Positions 1 to 12,997 of a stretch of DNA of 64,000 bases are shown here, piece after piece. Source of the DNA: Carcharhinus longimanus. Lineage: Eukaryota. Under the pieces are notes generated by a model. That model did no database searches. It was not told the origin of the DNA and was given only the letters and a program-made list of their open reading frames with translations. The translations under genes and the position numbers were made by a program. Every line of letters begins with the position of its first letter. The stretch's first letter is position 1. The DNA is taken from positions 70,508,581 to 70,572,580 of the forward strand of contig JASCQW010000032.1 in assembly GCA_030264375.1 (NCBI GenBank), read 5' to 3'.

Positions 1-304
1 AGTGTCCAGCAGCAGGCAGAAATTTTAACGTGGAATATTCCTACTCCTTCTTAAATCCATAATTGAATTCAGTTTCGGCACTGCCCTTTTCACCCAAGGC
101 ACTGAAAAGATTGTTTCTCTGCAGCCACTTTGGTTGTCTATGACCCCAAAAAGGGATTTTTAAGTGGAAAGATGTACACAAGCACCGACATGAATCATGC
201 AGGACAATGACGCCTCCATGGATCTTTGTGCCTATATTTGAAAAAGAATGCAGATAATTAATGCCGTACCATGGAGACAAAGGCTATTCAGTGAAGTCAT
301 TCCT

Positions 305-542
305 TGATGTGAAGATGCCAGTGTTGGACTGAGGTGCACACTGTAAGAAGTCTCACAACACCAGGTTAAAGTCCAACAGGTTTATTTGGAATCATGAGCT
401 TCCAGAGCACTGTTCCTTCATCAGGTGAGTGGAGAGGTAGTTTCACAAACACGGCAGATATAGGCAAAGACACAATTGCAAGATAATAGTTGGAATGTGA
501 GTTATCTGTAAAGATTTGCATTCCAACCATTACTTTCCTTGT
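305..542 (-). mobile_element. Penelope-like terminal-repeat fragment, family A, with degenerate hammerhead motif and terminal inversion
   Basis: Shared terminus GATGTG(G/A)AGATGCC...AACACCAGGTTAAAGTCCAACAGG. Direct repeat GTCATTCCTTGA at 296-307 and 543-554 (TSD, partly overlapping the terminus). Minus strand 428-392 reads TCAC CTGATGA A GGAAC AGT GCTCT GGA AGCT C ATGA. Segment ~485-503 is inverted again at ~513-532. Confidence 0.7.
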
Positions 543-781
543 GTCATTCCTTGAGGCATCCATGCACCAGTCATATCCAAACATCGAGAGTTTGTGTGAC
601 AAAGCTCAAACTCTGGAATTATCAATCATACAGTTGATGTTTTGAAGAAATGCTTGATGTGATCAAAGATAGCCCAATAGTTTAATCCATTCCCCCAGCG
701 AGGGATTTCAAAATAATTGTCATCTGCTCTACACTTCATAATCTCACCTTGCAAAGAATTCAGCATGCATTTTCTAATGAC

Positions 782-1829
782 TGTGTGAAGATGCTCACTT
801 ACCAGTTTAGGGAAAATATACTTCATTTATTTACATGGCTGCAATTAGCTCCCGCAATGACTTTGAGTACAGAAGCCCGCACTTATCAGAGTGATCCCCC
901 ATCCTGCCCCTCGATTGGTCCCCTGGATCATGTGACCTTTACTGTGCAGACTGACCCTTAAAGGAACAATCATCACATCCCTCCCCCTCTATGTCCCTTT
1001 GTACAAATGGCAGTGCTCAATTTATAGAGTCCCAGATAATTAAACATTTAATACATTTAATAGTCAATTAAAAATCAAGTCTTTCAAGATGTTTGTGAAC
1101 CCTTGTGGAGTGGCGTCACTCCTCTATCTGGGGCACTTCCACAGGTTTTTCTTCAGGCACAGGCAGTTCAGTTCTATCTGTTTCCATGGAGACATTAGTT
1201 GTCCCTGACCAGGTACTTCAGTGCTAAACCAGTCAAAAACATTCTCTGATGGCAATATACTTCCTAATAGCAAAATTGGCTGCTGGGACAACTCTTGTTT
1301 TCAGGTGATCTGTGTTTTCAGACAATCCTTCTTTCTACTTTGTCACTTGATAAAGATATGGGTCCAGTTTTAGAGACAATGATTCCAGAGACTCAACTTG
1401 ACCCACTATGACTGATGTGAATCATGGCTTGCCTTCTGACTGCTTTGACTAGCTCCTCCCTACCCCCTCGCTTCCCCTGCCCCCCCAGCAAACTTGCAAA
1501 CACAAGGCTGTCTTGTTCTGAGATAATGGTACATTAACAACTCTGCTAGCAGATCTCCCTTTATTAAATGTGAAGTGTGAGATTTTGGTCTTCAGGGTAC
1601 CTCCTGACTGCTTTTTTAAGCCAGACGTAGAAGTATGGATGGCTCGCTCAGCTAGCCCATTGGATGTCATACTCCTTCTAGATACCTTTGTGTTATTTTG
1701 GCTCTCAAGATGATTCTGAATATAGAAGCCTGTGTTTACCAGACTCATCCCCCACCCTGCCTCCCGACTGGTTCCCTGGATCATGTGACCCTTACTCTGC
1801 AGATTGATCCTTAAAGGGACAATCACCAC
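782..1829 (-). mobile_element. Internally deleted Ty3/Gypsy LTR retrotransposon relic
   Basis: ~130-bp direct repeat at ~845-977 and ~1697-1829. Putative 3' LTR 782-977 has TG...CA ends and AATAAA on the minus strand, preceded by polypurine tract AGAGGGGGAGGGA (978-990, minus). ORF 1449..1829 contains SNGLAERAIHT...GLKKQ, the end of the Gypsy integrase core (SNGxAER motif). Confidence 0.75.
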
Positions 1830-2199
1830 TGAGATAGCCAGGACATGGCAAAATAAGAAGGAGAAAGTGCCAATAATGAATTAGCAGAACTATCAGCAGT
1901 ATGGGAAGGAAGATTTGCATAACAGGAAATATTTCCCTGTGGCTTCCAGGGATTGTTACAGCTGCAACATTTCATTGGAGCAACTCAATTTGTCATGCCC
2001 AAACTAACCTTGTCATGCGTTTGCATAGTCAATTCTTACTTATTGGCATTTTATGTTGGGACCTTTCCAAATAAGAACCAAAGACAAACAAATACTCACC
2101 CAAAGTTAAAATGAAGTGTCGAGGCATTTATTTTATTTGTTTGTAGCTTGGGTTAGCGTTATGCTCCTTTGTGATATCTTTGCAGTGTTTCAGACTTGA

Positions 2200-2308
2200 G
2201 GGCTGGAACTTTACCATCCCACCCATCACAGGAATCAGAGCGGCGTGGGGTGGAGCTCAGGAGGGATTTTACAGTTTCAGGACAAGCAAGGCCATAAATT
2301 CCCTCCCC
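2200..2308 (-). mobile_element. MITE (non-autonomous TIR element), internally deleted copy of the ~125-bp family
   Basis: GGGCTGGAACTTTACC...ATAAATTCCCTCCC ends; reverse-complement similarity to 19676-19802. Confidence 0.55.
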
Positions 2309-5300
2309 TTAGCACATCTTAAAGGCTTCTCCTGTGCAGATAGTGCAAGTATTGACTGCGTCTAAGGTTTCACTGGGGGCCTGTTGAGATTCAAGGGGCT
2401 GTTACCCTCTCTGGGCTATAATATTGAGAGATTGGCCTGTGAGTTGGCTATGGCCAGGACTACAGCAATTGACCAATTTCCCCTCCAGTAAGTTTCCTGT
2501 CCCATACTTGGTGCACCAAGTGCTTATGGTGGGAAGGAAATGGAAATTAATCACTTAATTTGTGTGTCTTTCTTCCAATTCTCGTAAAACACATGCAGCT
2601 CCCGGTAAATCCAATTGATGTTTCTCTCAGAACTCAACAGCAAGTTGTTGAATAAGCATCCTCTGACCAATAGCCCAGGTTTTGAAAGATCATTGCTATT
2701 TCCTTTTCATTGACTCATCCACCATTGTGGGAAGGAATGCTTTTATTGATTGAAATTCTTGTGGACACAATAAGAAAGGCTTCCCCTGTACATTGTACAT
2801 GCTAAAATTGTAAGTGCATTTGTTAGGAACATACATACGATTTCAACGCTTCCCCTCCAGCGCTCCAGAATTTCTTTTTGAAAACCTGTTTCTTGCTGAC
2901 ATGCTGAGGACTGCAGGGCCTTATCTGCCTGCCTCAGCAGTGCCTACCGCTCCTGGTGGTCCTGTAGAGGTTGCTGAGCTGCCAGCCAGCTGATTATGTC
3001 AACAGCTGTCAGGAGGCAGGTGTGAATAGGACGTCCAGCCCAGTGACAGCCCCTAAAATGGCTGCCACTCATAAAATGACAGAAGGAACGTCTGCCATCA
3101 ATGGCACGTTTCTTTCAGACCGACAGCACAATTGGCAAAATTCAGCCCATCAATGTCTTCAAAGAACTGGATTCGTAGGTCATTGAAGTCACAAAATGTC
3201 GTAACTAGAATCAGCCATTTACAGTTGGAAATATAAGTATAGGTGTCCTCCAACATTAATGCAACTGGAAGAAAACGTTTCGACATTCCAGTCCAAAACA
3301 TAATTTTACATAATTTATCTTTCCTCTTTCAAGAGAAAAGTTTGGCTTTTAGGTACAGTGATGAAAGAATGTGATCATTAGACAGAAATGTCAACCATAT
3401 CATGAGAGTTGCATTACTTAAGGTTCGCAAGATCAAATTTGAGGGAGTTTTAAAACTGCTTTGTAGAAGGATTCAAGACAGTGGCAATGCCTGAGAAACC
3501 ACAAGATCTCTATGTTCGAAATATTATCTATTTGCTTGACTTTTTAAAATAAAACCATTTACCTGAAGAGCAACAATGACGAATGATTCAGTCTTAATGA
3601 AATCTCTTTATTCAAAATTAGTCTGTAGATCACAGTGATCAATTTTGTATACTTTTATCACAAATGGGAAGAGTTAAAGGTTTAATTTCCCCTTTCAGCA
3701 ACTGTGTAATACGTTTGGTTGTCTTGTGTTGCATAACATTCTTCTGCATGCTATTTTAATGCAATTGTTAGCCAATTAAAAATAAATAGGCCGGCAAATC
3801 GATTAAAATGATACACTACAGAGCTTAACACAAATGTGCTAGAGAAAATTAAACCCATTGGGGTAGTTTAGTAAAATAGACTTTGAAGGGTTAAATGACA
3901 ATTGCAAGATATATATTTGGCTTCAGTTAAAAAAAAACACTTAGAACGGATGACTAATTAACCTAAGTAACTTTAAACAGATATTTTATTGACTTGCCCT
4001 CTTTAATTAAGTAGATGTATTTCAACCCAGGTGAAAATTATCTTTTGAATTCACAGTTTATGGATGTATCACAGTTTGTGGATACCACATTTTAATTGCT
4101 TTTCCTTATACAGTTGCTTAACAAATGTTAACTGTGCATTTTAATCATTTCCTATATTCTTCATGCACATAACAATTTACCATGCAATAGAAGTTAAATA
4201 ATTTTCTCTGTTACAAACTTACTGCAAGTATAGCATTGCTAACAATCGCTATGGGCCATGCCTTATGAATCTATACTGTTGAACCAAAGAATCAAACCAT
4301 CAGGTTAATGACCAGTAAGTTTACGTCCTTCAAGACAAAAAAAAAACAATTTGCAAAAATAACCATATTTGGAATCTTTTAGAAGGTTAAACCTTTGTCA
4401 TTTTTGCCATTTCCCTTCCAATCTGGGAAGAAACAATAAAGAATACTATCTGACTAATTTCCATTTTATTATACAGTTTCAATCTCTAAGTGTAACACTG
4501 ACATTGTGTTGTAGAGGGGCAACACATTTATAGAACACTAGTTCTGTTCATTTTTCGATACCAACTCTGGACTGTTTAGGGCAGGAATATTTTGAAAGCC
4601 ATACTTTAAGTGGAGCATGTCCCTTTGCATCAAGTAATTTTTTTCATTCTCCAGATGTTTATCTCTGATCTGGTGTTGCCAAACTAGCAGAATTTTATGC
4701 TGAATACTCCCACTTCTGAAAGACTATATTTTGATTGCCAAAATTCATTTTATGTACAGTCGCCGATTATTGTAAGCAAGAAAAAATATTTTGTCATTCA
4801 CCCCACGGCTGGATTGAAAACATGATTTTTCTAAGTGAAGTACTGGGTCTTTGACCAATGTCTTCAGTCCACCAAATTATCTAGCCGTCAACAAGCTGCC
4901 ATTATTTTGTTTATAGGCCGGGTCCTCAGGTGGATTTAGAGAACTCCTCCATGTCTTTCCAAGCTGTTATTCTGGAAGAGAATCAAGGCAGCTGTGTTTA
5001 CTGCCTGGAACTTGGNNNNNNNNNNGGCATAAATTTACAAAAAAAAACTAGAATTTATATCATTTGGTATCACTGAGAGATCTCAAACCACCTGCCTATG
5101 TGACAAATTCACCCTATTGTGAGCTCGTTGTTAATGACATCATGCAATAAAGTCAACAATTCATGTTGATGAATTGAGGTTTTATGAGCATTGCTAAAAG
5201 ATATACCCATAAAGGAAACATCACAGTACACTGCTTTCACCAATGAATCAGTTTTTTCAGAAATTAGAATATGTGAATCCTGACCTGCAACCCTAGAAAT

Positions 5301-5916
5301 ACATCGTATGGAACACAAGCCTTATTTTCATTAACCCTTGCCTGATGAAACCGCTTAAAGGATAGCATAGCATATTCTTGGAAAACCTGATGGAAACGGA
5401 TCCATCCATTTTGCGAACTGATCTAGTTCAATAACATTGCTTCTTGTTAAGCTACTGGTTTAGGTCTGACTGCCACTGAATACAGAAGATGGTGCTTTGC
5501 TAGATTGTCCTATCTGCTGCTCAGCTTTATGGTATGAGCTGCAAAAGCAATACTGAAAAGATATTTGTGCTGCCTTGCAAAATTGAAGATTGACCAGGCA
5601 AATGAAAGACAAAACCGAATTTTCAATTTTTCAGCCTATCTCCAGTTTTCTAAGATAGAAGGTCTATAATACCATGTAATCATAGCTTGAAAATGTGTGT
5701 GTTGAAGTTCCACATTGTTTTATGTTTGAAATGTTTATTTAATCAAATCATATGCTGTTATGGCTCTGCTCTGTGGCTGAACTTATGATATCCCATCATG
5801 GCTTTCTGAAACATACTCAATCTTATCAACTGTCCTTAGCCAATGGAGTTTATTTCTGACGTTAAAATTAAATTAGATGTAACTGTTATTCCTTGCATTC
5901 TCTGGGTGTGGGCAGG

Positions 5917-6937
5917 AATAACAGCAATATGCATTTTTTTAACATCTTAATGTAGAAAGATGTCCCAAGGCACATAGACATATGGAAGAAAAACAAACAT
6001 TGAACCAAAGAAGGCAATATTAAAATAAGCGGCTAAATGTTATTTCAAAGTTGTTGTTTGCAAGAAGGGTGTTAAAAGAGGTGAGGCAGGTGGAGATGTG
6101 GGGTAGTTTAGGAAAAGAATTGTATAGTATGGGATCTAGGAGGCTGAAGACACTGTAGCCAACAGTGGGGTTATAGGAAGGAAGCCAAAGTCAGAAGAAC
6201 AGAGGGTTTGATGTTATAAGTTTTAGTATTGAAGAAGATTACAAATACAGGAAGGGATGAAGCCATAAAATAATTTAAACACAAGGAAATTAAAATTTGA
6301 GGCATAAGAAGTATGGGAACAAAAGTGGGTCAGCAAAGGTGAGGTAATGGTTGAACAGGACTTTGCACAGGATAGGAGATGAGCAGCAAGATATTGGATG
6401 AGCTGGAGTTTATGGGGAGTGGACAGTGGGAAACTAGATTGTACAGCACAGATATGATCAAGTCAGGGGATGACAAAAGTATGGATGAGGGCTTCAGTGA
6501 CATCCCCACTGAGATGGCAATGGCTAATGTTATGAAGGTGGAATGAGGCAATCTCTGGGTCAATGGGATGTTGAGGTTGCAAACAGTTTCTTCAGTTTGA
6601 CACAGTGGCCACGCAGAGCTGGTTATGGTATTTGGCTTGGTGGGCAAAGCAAGGAGGAAACAAAAGGGGAACATACAGTTATATCAAGACTTCATGAGAT
6701 TTTTGGACTTAAGATTAAAGGCAAGAGGAGAGAGATTTAAGGCAGCTATATTGGGGTTATCTTTTTTTTCATGTGATACCAGAGTAATTGCTGGTTTTGG
6801 AAGAGGAGTTAACCCTGGAAAGTTGTTATGTGTCCTAATCTGAGAATAAGTCACAAAGTCAAATGTGCATCGTAGACACATCTACCCTACACACATACAC
6901 ACATCTAAACACCCACACACACATTCATGCATGCATG

Positions 6938-6971
<34 letters not shown>

Positions 6972-7380
6972 CCTGCTGCCCATCCTATCTTGTACTCAGA
7001 GATAGAGGACAAACCAGAGGAAATAGCAGGGGTAGGCAACAATGAAGGTTTTTCATAGGACTTGGGCATCAAAGGTGGAAATGAACATGGCCAAGAAAAG
7101 CAACAGCTTTGGAGGTAGCACAAACAACCAAAGGATTGGCAGCTGAGATGGAGTAGAAAGTATTGTTACAAGTTGAGTAGACGAGGGTGTTAGACCATGG
7201 AAAAAAAATAAGTAGTCAGTGACTATGACATAACAATAAGAAAGGCTATAGGAGTTGGTAAAATTGAGGGCTTGGCCTCGTAAATGGTGGTAGCGAGATT
7301 AGGTGGAGAGAGGGAAATGAATTGAGGGGAAAGAAAGAAGGGAAGATGGAAATCTCTGAGGTTATATGTCTCCATATCAG
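5917..7380 (-). mobile_element. Decayed L2-type LINE, 3' portion
   Basis: Purine-rich + strand. Collinear similarity with 44863-45600 and 36545-36885. Minus-strand ORF 6330..6674 is a frameshifted remnant of the LINE ORF2 C-terminal region. The boundary beyond ~6620 is less certain. Confidence 0.6.
6889..6968. repeat. (CA)n microsatellite
   Basis: Pure CA run 6940-6968 with a degenerate CA-rich flank. Confidence 0.95.
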
Positions 7381-10300
7381 AGGGTGATCTTTACCAATAT
7401 AATGCTTAACTTCTTACACCGCTTAGTTGCAACGAATTAGTCATACTATTTACAGTGAATAGTAATGCAAATGTTTTCATGAGAATGGATAGAAATGATC
7501 AAAAAATGTAGTTAAGTTATACAAAGTAAACCTTCCCTAAAGTCACAGATATCATGAGCCACTTTTGAAATTTCTCACAGTTTCTGATCCTTTTCGCTAT
7601 TTGACAAACATCTTTTAAAATGTAATGGCTCTCTCAAAATATATACACACCATCTTTGCTTTCACGAAAATAACATCTTCTGGATGTAAAAATAAATAAC
7701 CGCCACAAGAATACAATGTAGGAAACAATGTGCTGGACCTTTTAAAATAGGAAGTGTACAATGCCAGGATGTCATAGACCAGTGATAAAGTGGTTGCTGT
7801 GTTTTTATTCTGTGTCCTCATATTTACTTTATTTGTTGAAAAAGTAACTCTTCATTGGTCCCATTGGGATATAACTTATCGGAATTTGGCACTTAGATTG
7901 GGAAACAGCTGTTCTCCAACTAATGGCAGGTGTCCTATACTGGTGCAGTTTGTTATTACCTAAACACTATTCATCTGCAATAATCTGTTTTCCTATAACA
8001 AGACAGTTCATTTTTTGCAGCTAGTATTAACTATATGTTGAAATGGTCACAATGTGAACATACACTTATGCTGAAAACACTTTTTTAATCCTTGGCTATG
8101 CTACACATGTACAGTGAGCGTGCATTCTGTATGTAATGTGACAGTCACGTGATTATGCCTGGAATGGAGAATAATAAGAAATCTGCTGTACAACTGTTCC
8201 CTCTTCAATGTAAGGAATTTGCTGCACAGAAAAGAGATAGGAATTGTAAAGAAATATCAACAAAAAATCCTTGGGTAACTCAATATTTCTGTTCTGTCAC
8301 GTGATCCACTGTGATTCTGTCACAGACAATTTATTCGACTCAAATGACGAAGTACCAGGAGTGGGTTGAACCCCTCACTTTTATTTCAGTTTGATGACAC
8401 TGGAAATACATTCAATTTGGAAGCTTCTTTTGACACAAATCTACTCTATCAGGAGCAATAATGTTTCAAACATTGTTATCAAGGTTTATATTTATTGTGA
8501 CCNNNNNNNNNNNNNNNNNNNNNNNNNNNNNNNNNNNNNNNNNNNNNNNNNNNNNNNNNNNNNNNNNNNNNNNNNNNNNNNNNNNNNNNNNNNNNNNNNN
8601 NNNNNNNNNNNNNNNNNNNNNNNNNNNNNNNNNNNNNNNNNNNNNNNNNNNNNNNNNNNNNNNNNNNNNNNNNNNNNNNNNNNNNNNTTCATATGTTATG
8701 TGAATTATGAACACACATGTATTATAAATTGGTATTTCATGCTCTTCCTTACCACATCATTCCAAATCAGAAGAAACAGATGTAGGACAGAGCTCCTGCT
8801 CTTAACCTCGAACACATTTCTTGTGCCACCAGAAGTTTCAATGAAATTGGATGCATCAAAACTTGTGATCAGCTTTATTTCACGATTATTACATCGTTCC
8901 AAGTGACAGGCCCTCAAAAGTGGATTAGATTTTGTCACCTTTGAGGGGCATGTCAATACAATATTGTTGTAATGAATGGGTGTGCATCACTGATACATTA
9001 ACTTTACATCTTTGGACCTGTTGGGTGTTTCTTTGTACATTAGCGCAACAATATTATTGTCTGAAACCCGTAATGCATTTTGTACATCAGTGTTTAATAT
9101 TATTGTGCATATACCAAATAAACTAATCTCACCTTTATTCTCTTATAAAGAGAATGTTGCATTCAAAAACAAAATAACAGACATTAATACTACCCAAAAT
9201 GTACTTTTTGCATCAATGCAAATGGACAAATTTGGATTTTTTTGGGTGTTGGTTACCAAAAGAACATCAAATATGCATAATTGTTGAAAGTAAGTGAGTG
9301 TACCATTTCTAAACAGGAATAGTGTAATGTGCATGGAGATAGATTTTAACAACGTATCCATAATTTATTACAATTTTTCTTTCATGTTCATCTTAGTTTG
9401 CATAAAACTAATGAGTGAATAAATGTTATTCATCTTTAAAACATGCAATGATCAGCATGAAAATTCAAACTAAAGTCTAATCTTAACGAGACTGACTTTA
9501 AATTGTAAGCATAAAGATCATGAAGCATTTTAATTGAAGACAGAGCTGTGGATTTGATACACCAGCCAGGTATCATTCTGAGAGAGAAAATAAGTCTGTT
9601 GGAAAAGAAAGGACATTGGATAAAGCAAAGTTAATTTGAAAATGTGTAAAATGAGCTGCAATTTTGTGGAGATAGAATGGACATATACTTATTGCACCAT
9701 TGTGCTATTTTCATTAATGAGTATAACATACCTGATATGTATAAAATGCAGTCATATGTGCAATGTTGTTATAATGTAGAGACAAATAGTACTGTTCATG
9801 GGATTTTCTTTTTCCAATATGACTTCAGTTTACAATTTGATTCAAGTATTCAGTATTTAAAGTACTCTGAAAACCTAATGGCCAATATATTTTTATGTGC
9901 CTATAATAAGATGGGTAAGGATCTGGATTTATGTTATGGGTATACAAATACAGCAGCAATTGTACTTAGGACTTATAATTTATACAATGCTCACTTAAAA
10001 TGACATTGATATTCCAAATAAATTACAATTTGTGGCAATGGTGAAGAGGATAGCATCTGATATAAAAAGAATAAACAATTCAGAAAACACAGAACCTAGA
10101 GAGGAGTCATTTAGAATGGGGTCGAGCTGTCCAGGGCCATTGAATGAATTCTTGTTGTATTATAAACATTGGTGTAATCAAGTAACAAAAGGTTGAAAGG
10201 TTGTAAATCAATTTAGATAGGTGACCTTTGTTGCTCATGTTTCTGACCCGACTGATATGTCAACCATGGCAACCTTAAACAGATTTTGATGGAGCCAGTC

Positions 10301-12139
10301 ACATACTTCATTTAAATTGCAGTTTAAAAGCACTTAGATTGGTCTTATTTGCATTCGACAAATGGGAATGTGATGAGCAAAATGATAAAATATCTGTAAT
10401 ATAGCATATCTGATTTTGCCAGCAAATAAGGAGCTCTTGACTATGTTAAACTGGAGGAATTTTAAGCCAGAGATTGTGTTGCATTAAATATAAATGATCA
10501 AAAGTTGCATTGCAAAGACTACGTTTGAAAATATACTGGGAAAACAACAGAGTTGCATTACTTAAATATGTAATTAACAAATTTATTACAAATTCTTTGC
10601 ACTTTTTGCGTATTCAGCTTTCTGGGAAATGAACATTAATTCACAATGGCAGAATGAAGCTAATTTCAACACTTTGGAGAAATGAATGCCTTTTTGTGCA
10701 GCATGTTACACTTATCTACATGCCGCATTATTGTAATAAGTACATTCAAGAATAATTTCTTTTCAAATATTTTTACAAATCTCTCCCTCATTTGCATGCA
10801 AGTAAGTTGTCAGCTTAAATCTTTGAAATGCAAAATGTATCTCATTTCTATATTTCATCAAGGGGTCTTTCATGTTTAATAAATTACAACTTAGATCCAC
10901 AAAGACTTTGTTTTTCCCCAACTAAAAGCAAAAGGATATGGTTAAAATCTTAATCAGAACCTGCAAGGTTATTTGCATGTTGCTGATATTTGGCTAGATG
11001 AGGTTTAATTCCAGCAGGCTTATCCTAATGGCAAGGTTAAATTGCCTGAAAGAAAATAGTAACTTTATTGTAAATTGTGGAAAAAAAACATGCATTGCTG
11101 CTCCTGTTGGGATTATAGTATTCTGATTTACTCTTAGTTCCAAACAAAATACAATAACTGTATGTGTAATGTTTGGCAGGCTAACAGGTTTTCAAATTAA
11201 GCATAGTATTGGTTACAGAGCACGGAATGAGTTATCCCAGTTACATTTGAGAAAAATGTTTCTGGATGAACAAAGCGTATTTCCATAAAAATGTGACAAG
11301 TATTGGGTGTAAACGAGAGAAGATTAGGCCATGAAAAACAAATACACTTGTCTTCTGTCACAGTCAGGATATCCTCTAAAAGGCTGAAGTCCGATCACTT
11401 TTTTTTTCAAAACTGACATGACTCATGCACAATTGGCTCAGGACAACTTGTTTAGCTAACCTGTTTATCTGCTATGTGTCAATGCAGATTAAAATTAATG
11501 AAACCTTGTGAGAGGGAGTTACTTTAATACATATTATCTAAATTATGTATATTTACAAAGCCTTTTAATAGCAAAAGACATATCGCCACACAGAATGACC
11601 AGGCTGCTAAAAAGTATCTTGGTATTTTCATTAATTATTTTAAGGATTGCAGTAGCAAGATATTGTTTGCTTAAAGAATAAAACAATTTAAATTTTGCTC
11701 TGCTTGTGTTGGTACAATATTGCACGTACAATATTATTTGTACTGAAAATAACAGTTCCTACAACAGGCAAGAGGTGTAGGATGTGTGAGGTAAAAAGAA
11801 ATAAATCATTGTAGTCACAGAAACAGTAATCCTTGTTGAGCATTTTGAACTGATTGATATAAATAACATCTTTGCAGCCATCTGTCCAAAGAGGGACCTT
11901 TCCAGGCAGTGTTAAGCTGCAACGGCAGAATAATTAATGAATGGTGTCCTTTGTACTAGTAATAAAGACAAGACAAATTATGTTATAATCCAACTGCTGG
12001 TCATTTTTCAAAGCCAACTAAAATGACAAATAAAAGTTCAGAGTACTGTATCTACTTAATATGCTGCATCTTAAATTTATTTTTAACTATACCAGTAATT
12101 TTTGTTTGAGACTGATTATTCATAAAATGGCTGGGGCTA

Positions 12140-12870
12140 AGTTTGTTCGGAAAAAAATGTAATTATGAAAGAAAGTACTTTGATGTTTGCGTATATTAAA
12201 TCATCCGCAGCATGCAGCCTGTAGTCAGCACACTGTAGTCTACATTGTGCTGAGGGACTAATGTTGGCACACTGAAGGGAGATGTCATCCAGCCCTTGAG
12301 CATGTTCAGCAAGTCCCAGTGCACACAGGTTTATGAGGGCAGAGTGTGTCTGTGCGCCTGGAGAGTACACTAACCTCGTGGGCAGACGGGCAGGGTTGTT
12401 TTGTGTCAGTCAGAGCTGGAATGAGCCACGTGTTGAAAAACGGGTCGAAATTAGTGTCTGAACTCCGTTCAGTCAGTCCCTTTTTACTACTGGACATGTT
12501 TGTGTTAAAGCTGCACCACATTCGAGGAAAACAAGGTTTCTGCTCAAATTTGAAACTGCACTTCTGCCAAGATGTCATTTAAAGATCCCATAGCAATAGC
12601 TTTTGGGTGATGTCATTGATGGTTGATGTCACCCTGTCATTTTGCATTTGGCCAATTTTGAGAGGCGAAGTGGGCAAATAACTTCCTAGCACTGCGTGAN
12701 NNNNNNNNNACAGATCCTTTGCCAATTGACCAGTTTATGCTTTTCCAGGTTGTTTTAATAATTATGTTGAAATGCCACTGATGAACAAAGCAGCAAATGG
12801 TGATCATAAAAATCAATTTGAAACTCAACTTCAGATCATTTCAGATTTTATTTCAGCTGCACCTTTAAAA
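12140..12870. promoter_or_regulatory. Candidate conserved non-coding element / enhancer
   Basis: Repeat-free, CpG-retaining, motif-dense block in a long ARHGAP15 intron. Conservation not verified. Confidence 0.35.
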
Positions 12871-12894
12871 AAGGGGTTTGTTCAGGCAAAGGGT

Positions 12895-12997
12895 AACAGA
12901 TACCAAAATAGAAAATGGTGGAAAATCTCAGCAGGTCTGTCAGTAAGGAGGGAAAACAGCTGACATTTCGAGTCCAGATGACCCTCTGTCAAAGCTA
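12895..12997 (-). mobile_element. Penelope-like terminal-repeat fragment, family B, with degenerate hammerhead motif
   Basis: AAAATGGTGGAAAATCTCAGCAGGTCTG...CATTTCGAGTCCAGATGACCC. Minus strand 12996-12958 reads AGCT TTGACAG A GGGTC ATCTG GACTC GAA ATGT C AGCT: stems I and II intact, core altered. Confidence 0.6.

Noticed and set aside
5341-5400. Other CTGATGA occurrences (5342, 24680, 29343, 47029, 53753) as hammerheads
   Set aside because: No stem II-GAAA-UH arrangement with a pairing stem I.
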